Positions 21,299 to 31,274 of a stretch of DNA of 64,000 nt are shown piece by piece. Below the pieces are notes generated by a model that worked only from the letters and a program-made list of their open reading frames with translations, had not been told where the DNA came from and did no database searches. The stretch's first letter is position 1. Each line of letters opens with the position of its first letter. Source of the DNA: an uncultured Actinomycetes bacterium (GTDB lineage Bacteria; Actinomycetota; UBA4738; HRBIN12); contig CAWIFZ010000003.1 in the NCBI GenBank assembly GCA_963835415.1, positions 221,323 through 285,322 on the forward strand, given 5' to 3'. The position numbers were made by a program, and so were the translations under genes.

Positions 21299-23178
21299 CA
21301 GGCACTCACCCTGTCGGTCGCGCCGGCAACGTCGTGGAGCCGGTCGTGGATCGACCGCGCCAGCTCCGGTCCGATCCCCGGCGTGGCCGCGATGTCGTCC
21401 AGCGACGCGTCCCGCAGCCGTGCGAGCGAGCCGAACCGCTTGAGGACCGCCTTCTTCCGGGCGGGACCGACGCCGGGCACATCGTCGAGCGGTGAGACGA
21501 GCGCGCGCTTCGCCCGCTTCTGGCGGTGATAGGTGATCGCGAACCGGTGCGCCTCATCGCGGATGTGTTGCAGGACGAACAACGCCTCGGACGCGCGCGG
21601 GATCATCAGGGGTTCGGGTCGTCCGGGGAGATAGACCTCCTCCAGCCGTTTCGCCAGGCCGATGTGCGGGATGTCCAGGCCGACGTCGGCCAGGACCTTG
21701 CTGCACACGCCGAGCTGCCCCTTGCCGCCGTCCACGACGACGAGCGACGGCGGATACGCGAACCGCCGCCTGGTGGACGCGACGGGTTCGTCCCGCTCCC
21801 GGATCAGCCGCGCGAACCGCCGCCTGAGCATCTCTTCCATGCTGGCGAAGTCGTCCTGTCCGGGGACGCCCTTGATCTCGAAGCGCCGGTAGTCGCTCCG
21901 CTTCGGGAGCCCGTCCTCGAAGACCACCATGGAGCCGACCGTATCGGTCTCCCCCAGGTTGGAGATGTCGTAGCACTCGATCCGCAGCGGCGCCTGCGGC
22001 AGGCCGAGCTGATCGGCCAGCTCCGAGAGCGCGCGCGACCGCGCTCCGAAGTCCGACGCGCGACGCAGCTTGTGCCGATGGAACGCCTCGGCCGCGTTCT
22101 GGTTCACGACCTCCATCAGCTTGCGTTTGGCGCCTCGCTCCGGAACGCCGATCGTGACCTTGGAGCTCCGGCGCGCGGAGAGCCACGCCTGCATGACCTC
22201 GCGGTCCGCCGGGAGCGCCGGCACCAGGACCCGCGGCGGCACCTCGGTCCGCTCCATATAGAGCTGACGGACGAACGACGCCACCAGCTCCGCTCGGTTC
22301 AGGTCCTCGACCCGATCCACCACCCAGCCGCGGCGGCCGAGCACCCGTCCCCCTCGCACGAAGAACACCTGGAACGCGGCCTCCAGATCGTCCTCCGCGA
22401 GGCCGATCACGTCGAGGTCTTCGGGCTGGGTGAGCACCATCTCCTGCGTCTCCATCGCGCGGCGCGCCGCGGCAAGCTGGTCGCGCAGTTTGGCGGCCTG
22501 CTCGTATTCCTGGCGCTCGGCCGACTCCCGCATCTGGGCGTCCAACCGTGCGACGACGGGCTTGGTGTTGCCGCTCAGGAAGTCGCCGAGCGCGTCGACG
22601 TCGGCCCGGTACGACTCCTCGGTGACCCCGGTGACCGAGGGCACGCAGGGCCCGGAGCACCGGCCGATGTCGTAGTACAGGCACGGGCGCTGGGCCCTGG
22701 CGCGCGAGTCGAAGAACGAGTTCGTGCAGGTCCGGACCGGAAAGACCCTGGTCAGGGCGTCGAGCGTGTCGCGGATGGCCCACGCGTGGCCGAACGGACC
22801 GAAGTACCGGACGTTCTTGCGTTTCGCGCCCCGCATGACCTGAGCGCGCGGCCAGGTCTCCCCCACGGTCAGCGCCAGGTATGGATAGGACTTGTCGTCG
22901 CGGTACCGGATGTTGAACCGAGGCAGGTAGCGCTGGATCAGGTTGTACTCGAGCATCAGCGCGTCGACCTCGCCGGAGGCGAGCATCCACTCGACGCTCT
23001 GCGCCGCCTCCATCATGGCCTGGGTGCGGGCATGGAGGGGCTTTCCCCAGTAGCTGGCCAGGCGCTTGCGGAGGGATCGAGCCTTGCCGACGTACACGAC
23101 ACGGCCGTCTCCGTCGCGGAAGAGGTAGGCGCCCGGCGCGTCGGGGATGCTCGACGTGTCCGGTCGGGGGACGCTCAC
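21298..23178 (-). CDS. uvrC: Excinuclease ABC subunit C
   Basis: 626 aa. The GIY-YIG N-terminus reads PGAYLFRDGDGRVVYVGKARSLRKR, and the C-terminal (HhH)2 region reads VPGVGPARKKAVLKRFGS. The start is GTG. Confidence 0.95.
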   Translation of the reverse strand: MSVPRPDTSSIPDAPGAYLFRDGDGRVVYVGKARSLRKRLASYWGKPLHARTQAMMEAAQSVEWMLASGEVDALMLEYNLIQRYLPRFNIRYRDDKSYPYLALTVGETWPRAQVMRGAKRKNVRYFGPFGHAWAIRDTLDALTRVFPVRTCTNSFFDSRARAQRPCLYYDIGRCSGPCVPSVTGVTEESYRADVDALGDFLSGNTKPVVARLDAQMRESAERQEYEQAAKLRDQLAAARRAMETQEMVLTQPEDLDVIGLAEDDLEAAFQVFFVRGGRVLGRRGWVVDRVEDLNRAELVASFVRQLYMERTEVPPRVLVPALPADREVMQAWLSARRSSKVTIGVPERGAKRKLMEVVNQNAAEAFHRHKLRRASDFGARSRALSELADQLGLPQAPLRIECYDISNLGETDTVGSMVVFEDGLPKRSDYRRFEIKGVPGQDDFASMEEMLRRRFARLIRERDEPVASTRRRFAYPPSLVVVDGGKGQLGVCSKVLADVGLDIPHIGLAKRLEEVYLPGRPEPLMIPRASEALFVLQHIRDEAHRFAITYHRQKRAKRALVSPLDDVPGVGPARKKAVLKRFGSLARLRDASLDDIAATPGIGPELARSIHDRLHDVAGATDRVSA

Positions 23179-23184
23179 CCAGTC

Positions 23185-23206
23185 ATTCTAGGGTCGGATC
23201 GTGACG
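23185..23206 (-). promoter_or_regulatory. RecA-NDp-like promoter upstream of uvrC (near match)
   Basis: The minus strand reads cGTCA-cga-tccgaccc-TAGAAT-gactgg-GTG. The -10 ends 6 nt before the start codon. Confidence 0.4.
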
Positions 23207-23225
23207 CGTCCCGGAACGACGTTCG

Positions 23226-24917
23226 TTACTTGACGGTGAGCGTCCCCGTCATCGTCGTGGGGTGGACGAGGCACTGGTAGAAATAGCTCCCTGCTTTCTG
23301 ACCGGGCACGTCGAGGAGCTCTTGGGCCGGACCAGTGATGATGTCGGCCGAGACGATGACCGTCCCTCCCTCGCCGGTCAGGACCTCGACGTTGTGCTGC
23401 ACGGCCGAGTCCTGGTTGTCGAAGCAGATCGTGAAGTCCGTGTCGGCTGGCGCGGAGAGCGTGGTCTCAGCGAAGCCGCTAGCCGCCGCACCGGCCGGGG
23501 CGACGAGGTCGATGCCGTTCTTCGGGCATTGCGCGGCCGGCGGCCCCGACGTGGGCGGTGCCACCTCCGGCGTCGGGCTCGGGTTCGCGACCAAGACGTC
23601 CGTCACGTCACCCAGGACCCCGAGCAGGATGTTCTGCGTGGCCACGTCGTACCAGGCGAGGAAGACGCGCTTGCCGTCCGGCGTGACGGCGAGCGACGGG
23701 TATGCGCCACCCAGCGTGCCGTTCGTGTCGACGGGCTCGAACGTCGTGCCGTCGGCGCTGCTGGCCAGGTGCACGGTCTGATCGCCACCGTCGAACCAGG
23801 CCGCGTACACGGTGCCCGCGTCGTCGACCGCGACCCCGGTGGTCTCGGCCAGGTTGCCGCTCCCGTTCCCGGGCTTGGCGTCGGCGATCTTGACGGTCGT
23901 CCACCCCGCACCCGACGTCGTCGCGAGGTTCACCGCACCGTCGCCCGTGTAGTACGTGACCCACGGGACGCCGTTGGCGTCGACGGCGACCGAGAGGCCG
24001 GACGCCGAGACGCCCGTCTGCACCGCCTCGGTGGTCCACGTGCCGCCGGTCTGTCGAGCGGCCATCACCGCCCGGCCGACACCGTCGACGTAGATCACGA
24101 GCGGGCCGCCGGCATCGACCGCGATCGGCGCCGGACCGGAGTCGCGGCATCCGAGACACCCTTCGATGGACGCGGCCGTCTCGACCGTCCACTTGTTGCC
24201 ATCGGTCGTGGCGACCCGGATGTCCTGCCCACCTGGTGAGTCGATCGCGTACGACACCCACGGCTGACCGCCTTCATCGACGGAGACCGAGGGGCGACCC
24301 AGCGGACCGGCGTGGGCGAGCGGCGGGGTCCATTCCTCGATCGCGGTCGCGCTCCCGGTGAACGACGTCGTCCCGGTCGCGTACCAGATGCCGTCGCGCC
24401 CGGCCCACACCACGTGCTTGCCGCCGTTCGCGTCTACGGCGATGTCTGTGCCGTTCGTGTTCTCGGCCGTCGCGCCGACCAAGCCGTCGACCGTGTCCGG
24501 GGCGTACGGCACGTTGATACCGGTCGGGCTGTCGATCGGCTGGGCCGCGGCGCCGCGCGTCCACACCCCGTCGTCGCTGACGCTGGCGATGCCCACGGCT
24601 GCGGCATCCTTCGGATCGTCGCCGCCGGTCGTGATGAACGGCGCTCCGATCGGCCGGGGGATCGGGATGGCGCCTTCCTCGAGTACCGCCGGGAAGATGA
24701 AGTACGAGACGAACGGTACGCCGTCCTTGTCGAGCGCGACGGCGTTCCCGAGACCGGCGTCGTCCAGGTGATCGGCGACGTACGGAACGAACTCCTTGCC
24801 CTCACCGAAGTTGACCTGCGCCTCCGGCGGGTTGCTGCAGGCACCCGAGATCAGGGCTGCGGCGCACGTGAGGATCAGCAGGCGCTTGGACACGTCGGCG
24901 GGAATCCTAGCAAGCAT
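23226..24917 (-). CDS. Lipoprotein with beta-propeller-like repeats and a C-terminal type-1 copper (cupredoxin) domain
   Basis: 563 aa with lipobox LISGAC-S. Seven to eight repeats of about 45 aa recur (...DxxGxPxVxY/W...), followed by a Pro-rich linker. The C-terminal domain has putative Cu ligands H (VQHNVEV) and C-x2-H-x3-M (YQCLVHPTTM). The ATG lies 2 nt after the uvrA stop. Confidence 0.7.
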   Translation of the reverse strand: MLARIPADVSKRLLILTCAAALISGACSNPPEAQVNFGEGKEFVPYVADHLDDAGLGNAVALDKDGVPFVSYFIFPAVLEEGAIPIPRPIGAPFITTGGDDPKDAAAVGIASVSDDGVWTRGAAAQPIDSPTGINVPYAPDTVDGLVGATAENTNGTDIAVDANGGKHVVWAGRDGIWYATGTTSFTGSATAIEEWTPPLAHAGPLGRPSVSVDEGGQPWVSYAIDSPGGQDIRVATTDGNKWTVETAASIEGCLGCRDSGPAPIAVDAGGPLVIYVDGVGRAVMAARQTGGTWTTEAVQTGVSASGLSVAVDANGVPWVTYYTGDGAVNLATTSGAGWTTVKIADAKPGNGSGNLAETTGVAVDDAGTVYAAWFDGGDQTVHLASSADGTTFEPVDTNGTLGGAYPSLAVTPDGKRVFLAWYDVATQNILLGVLGDVTDVLVANPSPTPEVAPPTSGPPAAQCPKNGIDLVAPAGAAASGFAETTLSAPADTDFTICFDNQDSAVQHNVEVLTGEGGTVIVSADIITGPAQELLDVPGQKAGSYFYQCLVHPTTMTGTLTVK

Positions 24918-24919
24918 CC

Positions 24920-27832
24920 TCAGGCCTGCGGCACAAGCTCCAACGCTTCCTGCTCGGCGTCCGCGACCGCCGGCCGACCCAGGACCTCCGCCAAGAACCT
25001 GCCGGTATGCGAGTCGGGGAACGCGGCGATGTCCTCGGGCGTGCCGGCCGCGACCAGGAGGCCGCCCATATCGCCGCCCTCGGGGCCGAGGTCGATGATC
25101 CAGTCGGCGGTCTTGACCACGTCGAGGTTGTGTTCGATCACCAGCACGGTGTTGCCCGCCGACACCAGCCGCTGCAGCACCCCCAGCAGCTTGCGGATGT
25201 CCTCGAAGTGCAGGCCGGTCGTGGGCTCGTCCAGGACGTAGATCGTGTTGCCGGTCGCGCGCTTGTGCAGCTCGGACGAGAGCTTGATCCGCTGCGCCTC
25301 CCCCCCCGACAGCGTCGGTGCCGGCTGTCCCAGCTTGATGTAGCCGAGCCCCACGTCCGACAGCGTCTGCATGTGCCGATGGATCGGCGGGATGTTCTGG
25401 AAGAACTCGAGCGCCTCCTCGACGGACATCTCCAGGACGTCGGAGATGGATCGGCCCTTGTACTTCACCTCGAGCGTCTCGCGGTTATATCGCCGGCCCT
25501 TGCAGACCTCGCACGTCACGTAGACGTCCGGCAGGAAGTGCATCTCGATCTTGATCTGGCCGTCGCCCGCACAGTTCTCGCACCGCCCACCCCGCACGTT
25601 GAACGAGAACCGCCCCGGCTGGAACCCGCGGATGCGCGCCTCGGGCACCTGCGCGAACAGCTTGCGGATGTGGTCGAACACACCGGTGTACGTCGCCGGG
25701 TTGGACCGCGGGGTCCGGCCGATCGGCGACTGATCGATGTCGATGACCTTGTCGAGCTGCTCCCACCCGGTCATGCGCTTGAGCTTGCCCGGCTGCAGGC
25801 GCGAACGGTAGAGCTTCTGCATCAGCGCTCGGAGCAGCACGTCCTGCACGAGTGTCGACTTGCCGCTGCCGGACACACCGGTGACGCAGACGAACAACCC
25901 GAGCGGGATGTCGACCGTCACGTTGCGCAGGTTGTGCTGGCTGACGCCTTCCAATCGGAGGACGCCCTTGCCGCGCTTGCGGCGCACCTGCGGCGTCGGG
26001 ATCTGGCGCCGTCCGGACAGGTACGCGCCGGTGATCGACCGCTCCTCCTCGAGCAGCCCTTTCAGGTCGCCCGAGTACACGATGTCGCCGCCCAGCTCCC
26101 CCGCGAGCGGTCCGATGTCCACGATGTGGTCGGCCTCCATGATGGTGGCCTCGTCGTGCTCCACGACGATCAACGTATTGCCCAGGTCGCGGAGCCGCAG
26201 CAGCGTGTCGATCAACCGTCGGTTGTCACGCTGGTGGAGCCCGATCGAGGGTTCGTCCAGGATGTAGAGGACGCCGACGAGCCCGCTGCCGATCTGCGTG
26301 GCGAGGCGGATGCGTTGCGCCTCGCCACCCGCGAGCGTTCCCGCCGCGCGTCCGAGGCTCAGGTAGTCGAGACCGACGTCCATCAGGAAGCCCAGGCGCG
26401 CGCGGATCTCCTTCAGCAGGCGCTCCGCGATCATGTGCTCCCGCTCGGAGAGCTCCATGCCGTCGATGAACGCGAGCGTGTCGCGGATGGCCTTCTCGGT
26501 CAGCTGCGAGATGTTGAGGCCGCCGACCGTGACGGCCAGGCTCTCGGCGCGGAGCCGGTAGCCGTTGCACGTCCGGCACGGGATCTCACGCATGAACTGC
26601 TCGATCTTCTCGCGCGCGGCGTCGGAGTCGGTCTCGGCGTGCCGCCGCTCCAAGTTGGGGAGCACCCCCTCATAGGTGGTGTGGTACGCGCGCTGCCGGT
26701 TGTACCGGTTCTTGTAGCGGACGTAGACCTCTTCGTCCGATCCGTAGAGGACCACGTCGCGCGCGGCCTTCGGAAGCTTCTTCCACGGTGTGTCGAGCGA
26801 GAACGCGTGTGCCTCGGCCACCGCCTCCAGCACGCGGTACCAGTACTCCAACGTGTTGCTGGCCCATGGCGCGATGGCGCCCTCGTTGATCGTGAGGTCG
26901 GGGTCGGGGACGACGAGTTCAGCGTCGACCTCGAGCTTGATCCCGAGCCCGTCGCACGTCTGGCACGCCCCGTACGGCGAGTTGAACGAGAAGTTCCTGG
27001 GGGCAAGCTCATCGAACGACAACCCGCAGAAGGTGCACGCGAGCGCCTGCGAGAAGTTCTGGATCTCCTCGCCGCCATCGTGCGTCGTGACGGCGATCGC
27101 CGCGATCCCTTCGGCGAGCTCGAGCGCGGTCTCGAGCGAGTCGGCGACGCGCCGCCGGATGTCCGGCTTGGCGACCAGGCGGTCGACGACGACCTCGATC
27201 GTGTGCTTGTAGTTCTTGGGCAGGCGGATGGGCTCGGAGAGCTCACGAACCTCGCCGTCGATCCGCGCGCGCGGGAACCCTTTCCGCGCCAGGTCGCCGA
27301 GCAGCTTTTCGTACTCGCCCTTGCGCCCCCGGACCATGGGCGCCAGCACCTGGAACTTCGTGCCTTCCGGCAGCTCCATCACCTGATCCACGATCTGCTC
27401 GGGCGTCTGGCGGCCGATCGGGCGCCCGCAGTTCGTGCAGTGGGGATGGCCGACGCGGGCGAAGAGCACCCTGAGGTAGTCGTAGACCTCGGTGATGGTC
27501 CCGACGGTCGATCGAGGGTTCCGGCTGGTCGATTTCTGGTCGATCGAGATGGCCGGCGAGAGGCCCTCGATGAAGTCGACGTCCGGCTTCTCCATCTGTC
27601 CCAGGAACTGCCGCGCGTACGACGACAACGACTCCACGTACCGTCGCTGACCCTCGGCGTAGATCGTGTCGAAGGCGAGCGAGGACTTCCCGGAGCCGGA
27701 CAGCCCCGTGAACACGATGAGCTGGTCACGGGGGAGGTCGAGCGTGACGTTCCTCAGATTGTGCTCACGGGCGCCGTGGATGACGAGACGTTCGGTGCCC
27801 ACGACGACAAGTGTAGTGGCGGCGCGTGACAC
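24920..27832 (-). CDS. uvrA: Excinuclease ABC subunit A (canonical)
   Basis: 970 aa. GAREHNLRN at the N-terminus, two ABC modules (GLSGSGKSS and GVSGSGKST), and a complete UvrB-binding and insertion-domain region with CxxC zinc modules. The start is GTG. Confidence 0.95.
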   Translation of the reverse strand: MSRAATTLVVVGTERLVIHGAREHNLRNVTLDLPRDQLIVFTGLSGSGKSSLAFDTIYAEGQRRYVESLSSYARQFLGQMEKPDVDFIEGLSPAISIDQKSTSRNPRSTVGTITEVYDYLRVLFARVGHPHCTNCGRPIGRQTPEQIVDQVMELPEGTKFQVLAPMVRGRKGEYEKLLGDLARKGFPRARIDGEVRELSEPIRLPKNYKHTIEVVVDRLVAKPDIRRRVADSLETALELAEGIAAIAVTTHDGGEEIQNFSQALACTFCGLSFDELAPRNFSFNSPYGACQTCDGLGIKLEVDAELVVPDPDLTINEGAIAPWASNTLEYWYRVLEAVAEAHAFSLDTPWKKLPKAARDVVLYGSDEEVYVRYKNRYNRQRAYHTTYEGVLPNLERRHAETDSDAAREKIEQFMREIPCRTCNGYRLRAESLAVTVGGLNISQLTEKAIRDTLAFIDGMELSEREHMIAERLLKEIRARLGFLMDVGLDYLSLGRAAGTLAGGEAQRIRLATQIGSGLVGVLYILDEPSIGLHQRDNRRLIDTLLRLRDLGNTLIVVEHDEATIMEADHIVDIGPLAGELGGDIVYSGDLKGLLEEERSITGAYLSGRRQIPTPQVRRKRGKGVLRLEGVSQHNLRNVTVDIPLGLFVCVTGVSGSGKSTLVQDVLLRALMQKLYRSRLQPGKLKRMTGWEQLDKVIDIDQSPIGRTPRSNPATYTGVFDHIRKLFAQVPEARIRGFQPGRFSFNVRGGRCENCAGDGQIKIEMHFLPDVYVTCEVCKGRRYNRETLEVKYKGRSISDVLEMSVEEALEFFQNIPPIHRHMQTLSDVGLGYIKLGQPAPTLSGGEAQRIKLSSELHKRATGNTIYVLDEPTTGLHFEDIRKLLGVLQRLVSAGNTVLVIEHNLDVVKTADWIIDLGPEGGDMGGLLVAAGTPEDIAAFPDSHTGRFLAEVLGRPAVADAEQEALELVPQA

Positions 27833-27853
27833 GCCCGAACGACCGCCTATCCT
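27826..27853 (+). promoter_or_regulatory. Candidate promoter for a leaderless peptidase transcript
   Basis: GTGACA (27826-27831), a 16-nt spacer, then TATCCT (27848-27853), with ATG at 27860 six nt downstream. The -35 overlaps the uvrA start codon on the other strand. Confidence 0.35.
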
Positions 27854-27859
27854 TCGACG

Positions 27860-29842
27860 ATGGAACGAGACCTTCGCGACACTCCTCTCTACAAGGACGT
27901 CGAGGACTTCTATCGGCGGTCATTGGGACCGGGGTTCGGCCGAACGTCGGATGTCTCAGATCCGCGCCCATCCCCCGACGGAAGGTGCATCGCGTTCCGC
28001 GGCGATCAGTGGGAGCGGCTCGACGGACATACCCTCGGCCGGATCGGCCTCGCGGCGACCGATGGATCCTGGGTGCGCCAGATCACCAACGGTCCGCACG
28101 ACGACGATCAGCCTCGCTGGTCGCCGGACGGCCGGACGCTGACGTTCCGATCCGACCGGGCAGCGGAGGGCCGCCACCAGCTCTACGCCCTGGACGTGGA
28201 CGCGATCGGCGAGGCGAGGGCGCTTCCGGTGGTTGAGGGCGTCGCCGAGCTCCATGCCTGGTCGCCCAACGGGACCGCGGTCATGATCGTGGTGGCCGGT
28301 CTCGAGGCCGAGCAGTCCGATGCGGTGGGTTCGGGCGTGATCGGCCAGTCCGAAGACCTGCCTCCGTGGATACCGGAGGTGGACTCCTTCGACGGCGTCG
28401 ATCGCACCCGTCGGCGACTGATGATCATGGAGATGGCCTCCGATGAGCTCCGGCCGGGGTGTCGCGCGGACCTCAACATCTGGGAGGCGGACTGGTGCGA
28501 GGAGGACTGCGTCGTCGCGATCGCGTCCGAGGAACCGGGCGAGAGCGCCTGGTACCGCGCACGGGTCGTGATGATCGACACGTCCGCCGGGACCGACCGG
28601 ACGCTCTTCGAGTCGGATGTGCAGCTGGGATGGGTATCGAGCTCACCGACCAGCGACGTCGTGGCCGTGGTCGAAGCCGTCTGCAGCGACCGCCTGGTGG
28701 TCGCCGGCGACCTCGTCCTGATCGATCCCGCCGATGGCACGGTTCGGCGCCCCGACACGCTGGGGGTCGATGTCGCGTTCCTCTCCTGGCGAGCCGATGG
28801 TGTCCTGATCGCCACGGGCGTCCGCGGGTTGGAGACGGTCGTCCTGGAGGTCGACGTCGAGGCGGGGATCGCGAAGGAGCGATGGGCGACGAGCGAGGCC
28901 GGCGGCCGGTTCTTCCTGGCGGCGGCGCCCGTCGGCGACGACATCGTCATCGCGCTCAACTCCGCGGCCCGGCCTCCCGAGCTGGTCGTCGTCTCCGGCC
29001 ACGAGCCCAGGACGATCGTCTCGACCAGCAACGACGGCACCGACGTCGTCCGATCGAGCGTCGCCTCACGCACGGTGCTCTCGTGGACCGCGCCCGACGG
29101 CCTCGAGATCCAGGCGTTCTTGACGCTGCCACACGGCGACGGGCCGTTCCCGCTGATCCTCGACGTCCACGGCGGCCCGGTGTGGGCGTTCGCCGACTCC
29201 TGGCCGGGGACCTTCACGGGGTTCCTCCTGTCGCGGGGGTTCGCGCTGCTCCAGCCCAACCCGCGCGGCTCGTGGGGCCGCGGACGGGATTTCGCCTCGC
29301 AGGTCGTCGGGGACATGGGCGGAGCCGACGCGCAGGATCTCCTCGCCGGCGTGGATCACGTGCTGGAGATGGGGATCGCCGATCCGGGGAAGATCGGCGT
29401 GCTCGGTGGCAGCTACGGTGGGTTCATGGCGGCGCTGCTGCCCTGTCTCGACCAGCGGTTCGCCGCCGCCGTGTCCCTTTCGCCCGTCACCGATTGGTAT
29501 TCCGAGCGGTTCGACAGCAACCTCGGCACGTGGGTGCAGGACTTCATGGGCGGACCCATCGAACAGCAGGAGGAGCAGTATCGGCAGCGAAGCCCCGTCT
29601 TCACGTCCGAGCGCAATCGAACGCCGACGCTCCTCACCGCCGGGCTGCGCGACCGCGCGACCCCGATCGGGCAGGCCACGGAGTTCTACCGAGCGCTGCG
29701 CGAGCGTGACGTTCCGGCGGAACTGGTGCTCTACCCGCTGGAAGGCCACGGCGTTCGCACGATCCCCGGCATCCTCGACCTGGTGACCCGAACGGTCGGG
29801 TGGTTCGAGCGCTTCATGCCGCCGGACCCGGCGGCTCGATAG
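27860..29842 (+). CDS. S9 family serine peptidase (prolyl oligopeptidase / acylaminoacyl-peptidase type) with N-terminal propeller
   Basis: 660 aa. The N-terminal region has TolB-like repeats (SPDGRxxxF), the nucleophile elbow is GGSYGGFMA, and the catalytic region reads DRATP...EGHG. Confidence 0.85.
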   Translation: MERDLRDTPLYKDVEDFYRRSLGPGFGRTSDVSDPRPSPDGRCIAFRGDQWERLDGHTLGRIGLAATDGSWVRQITNGPHDDDQPRWSPDGRTLTFRSDRAAEGRHQLYALDVDAIGEARALPVVEGVAELHAWSPNGTAVMIVVAGLEAEQSDAVGSGVIGQSEDLPPWIPEVDSFDGVDRTRRRLMIMEMASDELRPGCRADLNIWEADWCEEDCVVAIASEEPGESAWYRARVVMIDTSAGTDRTLFESDVQLGWVSSSPTSDVVAVVEAVCSDRLVVAGDLVLIDPADGTVRRPDTLGVDVAFLSWRADGVLIATGVRGLETVVLEVDVEAGIAKERWATSEAGGRFFLAAAPVGDDIVIALNSAARPPELVVVSGHEPRTIVSTSNDGTDVVRSSVASRTVLSWTAPDGLEIQAFLTLPHGDGPFPLILDVHGGPVWAFADSWPGTFTGFLLSRGFALLQPNPRGSWGRGRDFASQVVGDMGGADAQDLLAGVDHVLEMGIADPGKIGVLGGSYGGFMAALLPCLDQRFAAAVSLSPVTDWYSERFDSNLGTWVQDFMGGPIEQQEEQYRQRSPVFTSERNRTPTLLTAGLRDRATPIGQATEFYRALRERDVPAELVLYPLEGHGVRTIPGILDLVTRTVGWFERFMPPDPAAR

Positions 29843-29851
29843 GCTTGGCGC

Positions 29852-30130
29852 ATGACCACGCGTGAGGACCTCGAGCAACTGTCCACGAAGGAGCTCCACG
29901 AGCGCGCGATCGCGCGCGCGAAACACCACCTCGACGTCGGCTTCCTGTGGGAGCTGGTGAAGGCGCTGCCGGTCGCGGAGGAGATCATCGGCGACGACGA
30001 ACGGAGCAAGGTCGACATCGCGCGTCCGTTGGCGCTGATCAACGATCTGTACGACGCCGGTGAGGGCGAGCTGGGCGAGGCGCTCCGCCCGCTCTACGTG
30101 GACTACCTCGAGGAGCACGCCGACGGCTGA
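29852..30130 (+). CDS. Hypothetical small acidic protein
   Basis: 92 aa with very high third-position GC. No family recognised. Confidence 0.5.
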   Translation: MTTREDLEQLSTKELHERAIARAKHHLDVGFLWELVKALPVAEEIIGDDERSKVDIARPLALINDLYDAGEGELGEALRPLYVDYLEEHADG

Positions 30131-31274
30131 GCGTGAACTGCTCTCGTACCGGGACGAGTTCCCCGTCCTCGAACACAAGACCTACCTGATCAGCGCGTCG
30201 CTCGGACCGGTCTCGACGCGATCGCAGACGTATCTCGCCCAGTACATGGAGGCCTGGGCGTCCAAAGGCGCGCCGGACCACGTGTGGATGGAGGACATCT
30301 TCCCGCGGATGGCGTCGCTGAAACGGACGTTCGCGGACCTCACCCGCTGCGACACGGAGGAGCTGGCCATCAGCACGAACATCTCGATCGCGCTCGCGAC
30401 GATCGCCTCGTGCCTGGACTTCTCCGGCGAACGGAACCGCGTGATCCTGTCCGAGTTGGACTTCCCCACCGACGGCCACGTGTGGATCGCGCAGGAGAAG
30501 CGCGGCGCCGAGATCGTCTGGCTGAAGTCGGAGGACGGCCTGACGATCCCGCTCGAGGCGTACGACGCCGCGATCGACGAGCGGACCGCGGTCGTGATGG
30601 TGAACCGCGTGCTCTACCGCTCGAGCGCGATCGTGGATGCGAAGGCGATCTGCACGATGGCGCGCGAGCGCGGGGCGCTCTCGTTCGTCGACGATTACCA
30701 CGGCATCGGGATCGTGCCGCTGGACCTGCACGACCTGGGGTGCGACCTCTACACCGCAGGGACGCTCAAGTGGCTGCTCGGTGGGCCGGGCATGGTCTTC
30801 CTCTATGCGCGGCGCGAGCTGCTCCCCACGCTGGAGCCCGCGATCACCGGGTGGTTCGCCACGCGGGAGCCGTTCTCGTTCGACAACCAGCACCTCGACT
30901 ACCACCCGACCGCCCGGCGGCTGGAGCACGGCACACCGCCGGCCCCGGTGTTCTTCATCGCGCAGGGCGGCCTCGACATCATCAGCGAGGTCACGCCGGA
31001 GCGGATCCGGGCTCGCCAGGGCGAGCTGACCGATCACGTCATCGTCCGCGCGGACGAGGCCGGGCTGCCGGTGCGCACGCCGCGCGACCGGTCGGCCCGC
31101 GGCGGCGTCGTGAACCTCGGCGTCGGGCCCGAGGCCGGGAAGATCTGTCACGCGCTGCTGGACCGCGACGTGTGCACGGACTTCCGCGGAGACGGGCTGC
31201 GGATCAGCCCGCACTTCTTCAACGACGAGGCCGACATCGATCGGTGCTTCGAGGAGTTGCGCGCGCTCGTCTAG
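30060..31274 (+). CDS. Class V-fold PLP-dependent enzyme, kynureninase-like
   Basis: The PLP-lysine region YTAGTLKWLLGGPG resembles the kynureninase SYKYLNGGPG box, and GWFA...HGTPP is also present. The only canonical in-frame start (GTG 30060) overlaps the previous gene by 71 nt, so the start is unresolved. Confidence 0.7.
   Translation: MRASWARRSARSTWTTSRSTPTAERELLSYRDEFPVLEHKTYLISASLGPVSTRSQTYLAQYMEAWASKGAPDHVWMEDIFPRMASLKRTFADLTRCDTEELAISTNISIALATIASCLDFSGERNRVILSELDFPTDGHVWIAQEKRGAEIVWLKSEDGLTIPLEAYDAAIDERTAVVMVNRVLYRSSAIVDAKAICTMARERGALSFVDDYHGIGIVPLDLHDLGCDLYTAGTLKWLLGGPGMVFLYARRELLPTLEPAITGWFATREPFSFDNQHLDYHPTARRLEHGTPPAPVFFIAQGGLDIISEVTPERIRARQGELTDHVIVRADEAGLPVRTPRDRSARGGVVNLGVGPEAGKICHALLDRDVCTDFRGDGLRISPHFFNDEADIDRCFEELRALV

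Noticed and set aside
23214-23224. A LexA (SOS) box upstream of uvrC: GAAC gac GTTC
   Set aside because: The spacer is 3 nt, whereas the actinobacterial LexA consensus as I recall it is GAAC-N4-GTTC. The flanking TCGAAC/GTTCGA extension is also incomplete.
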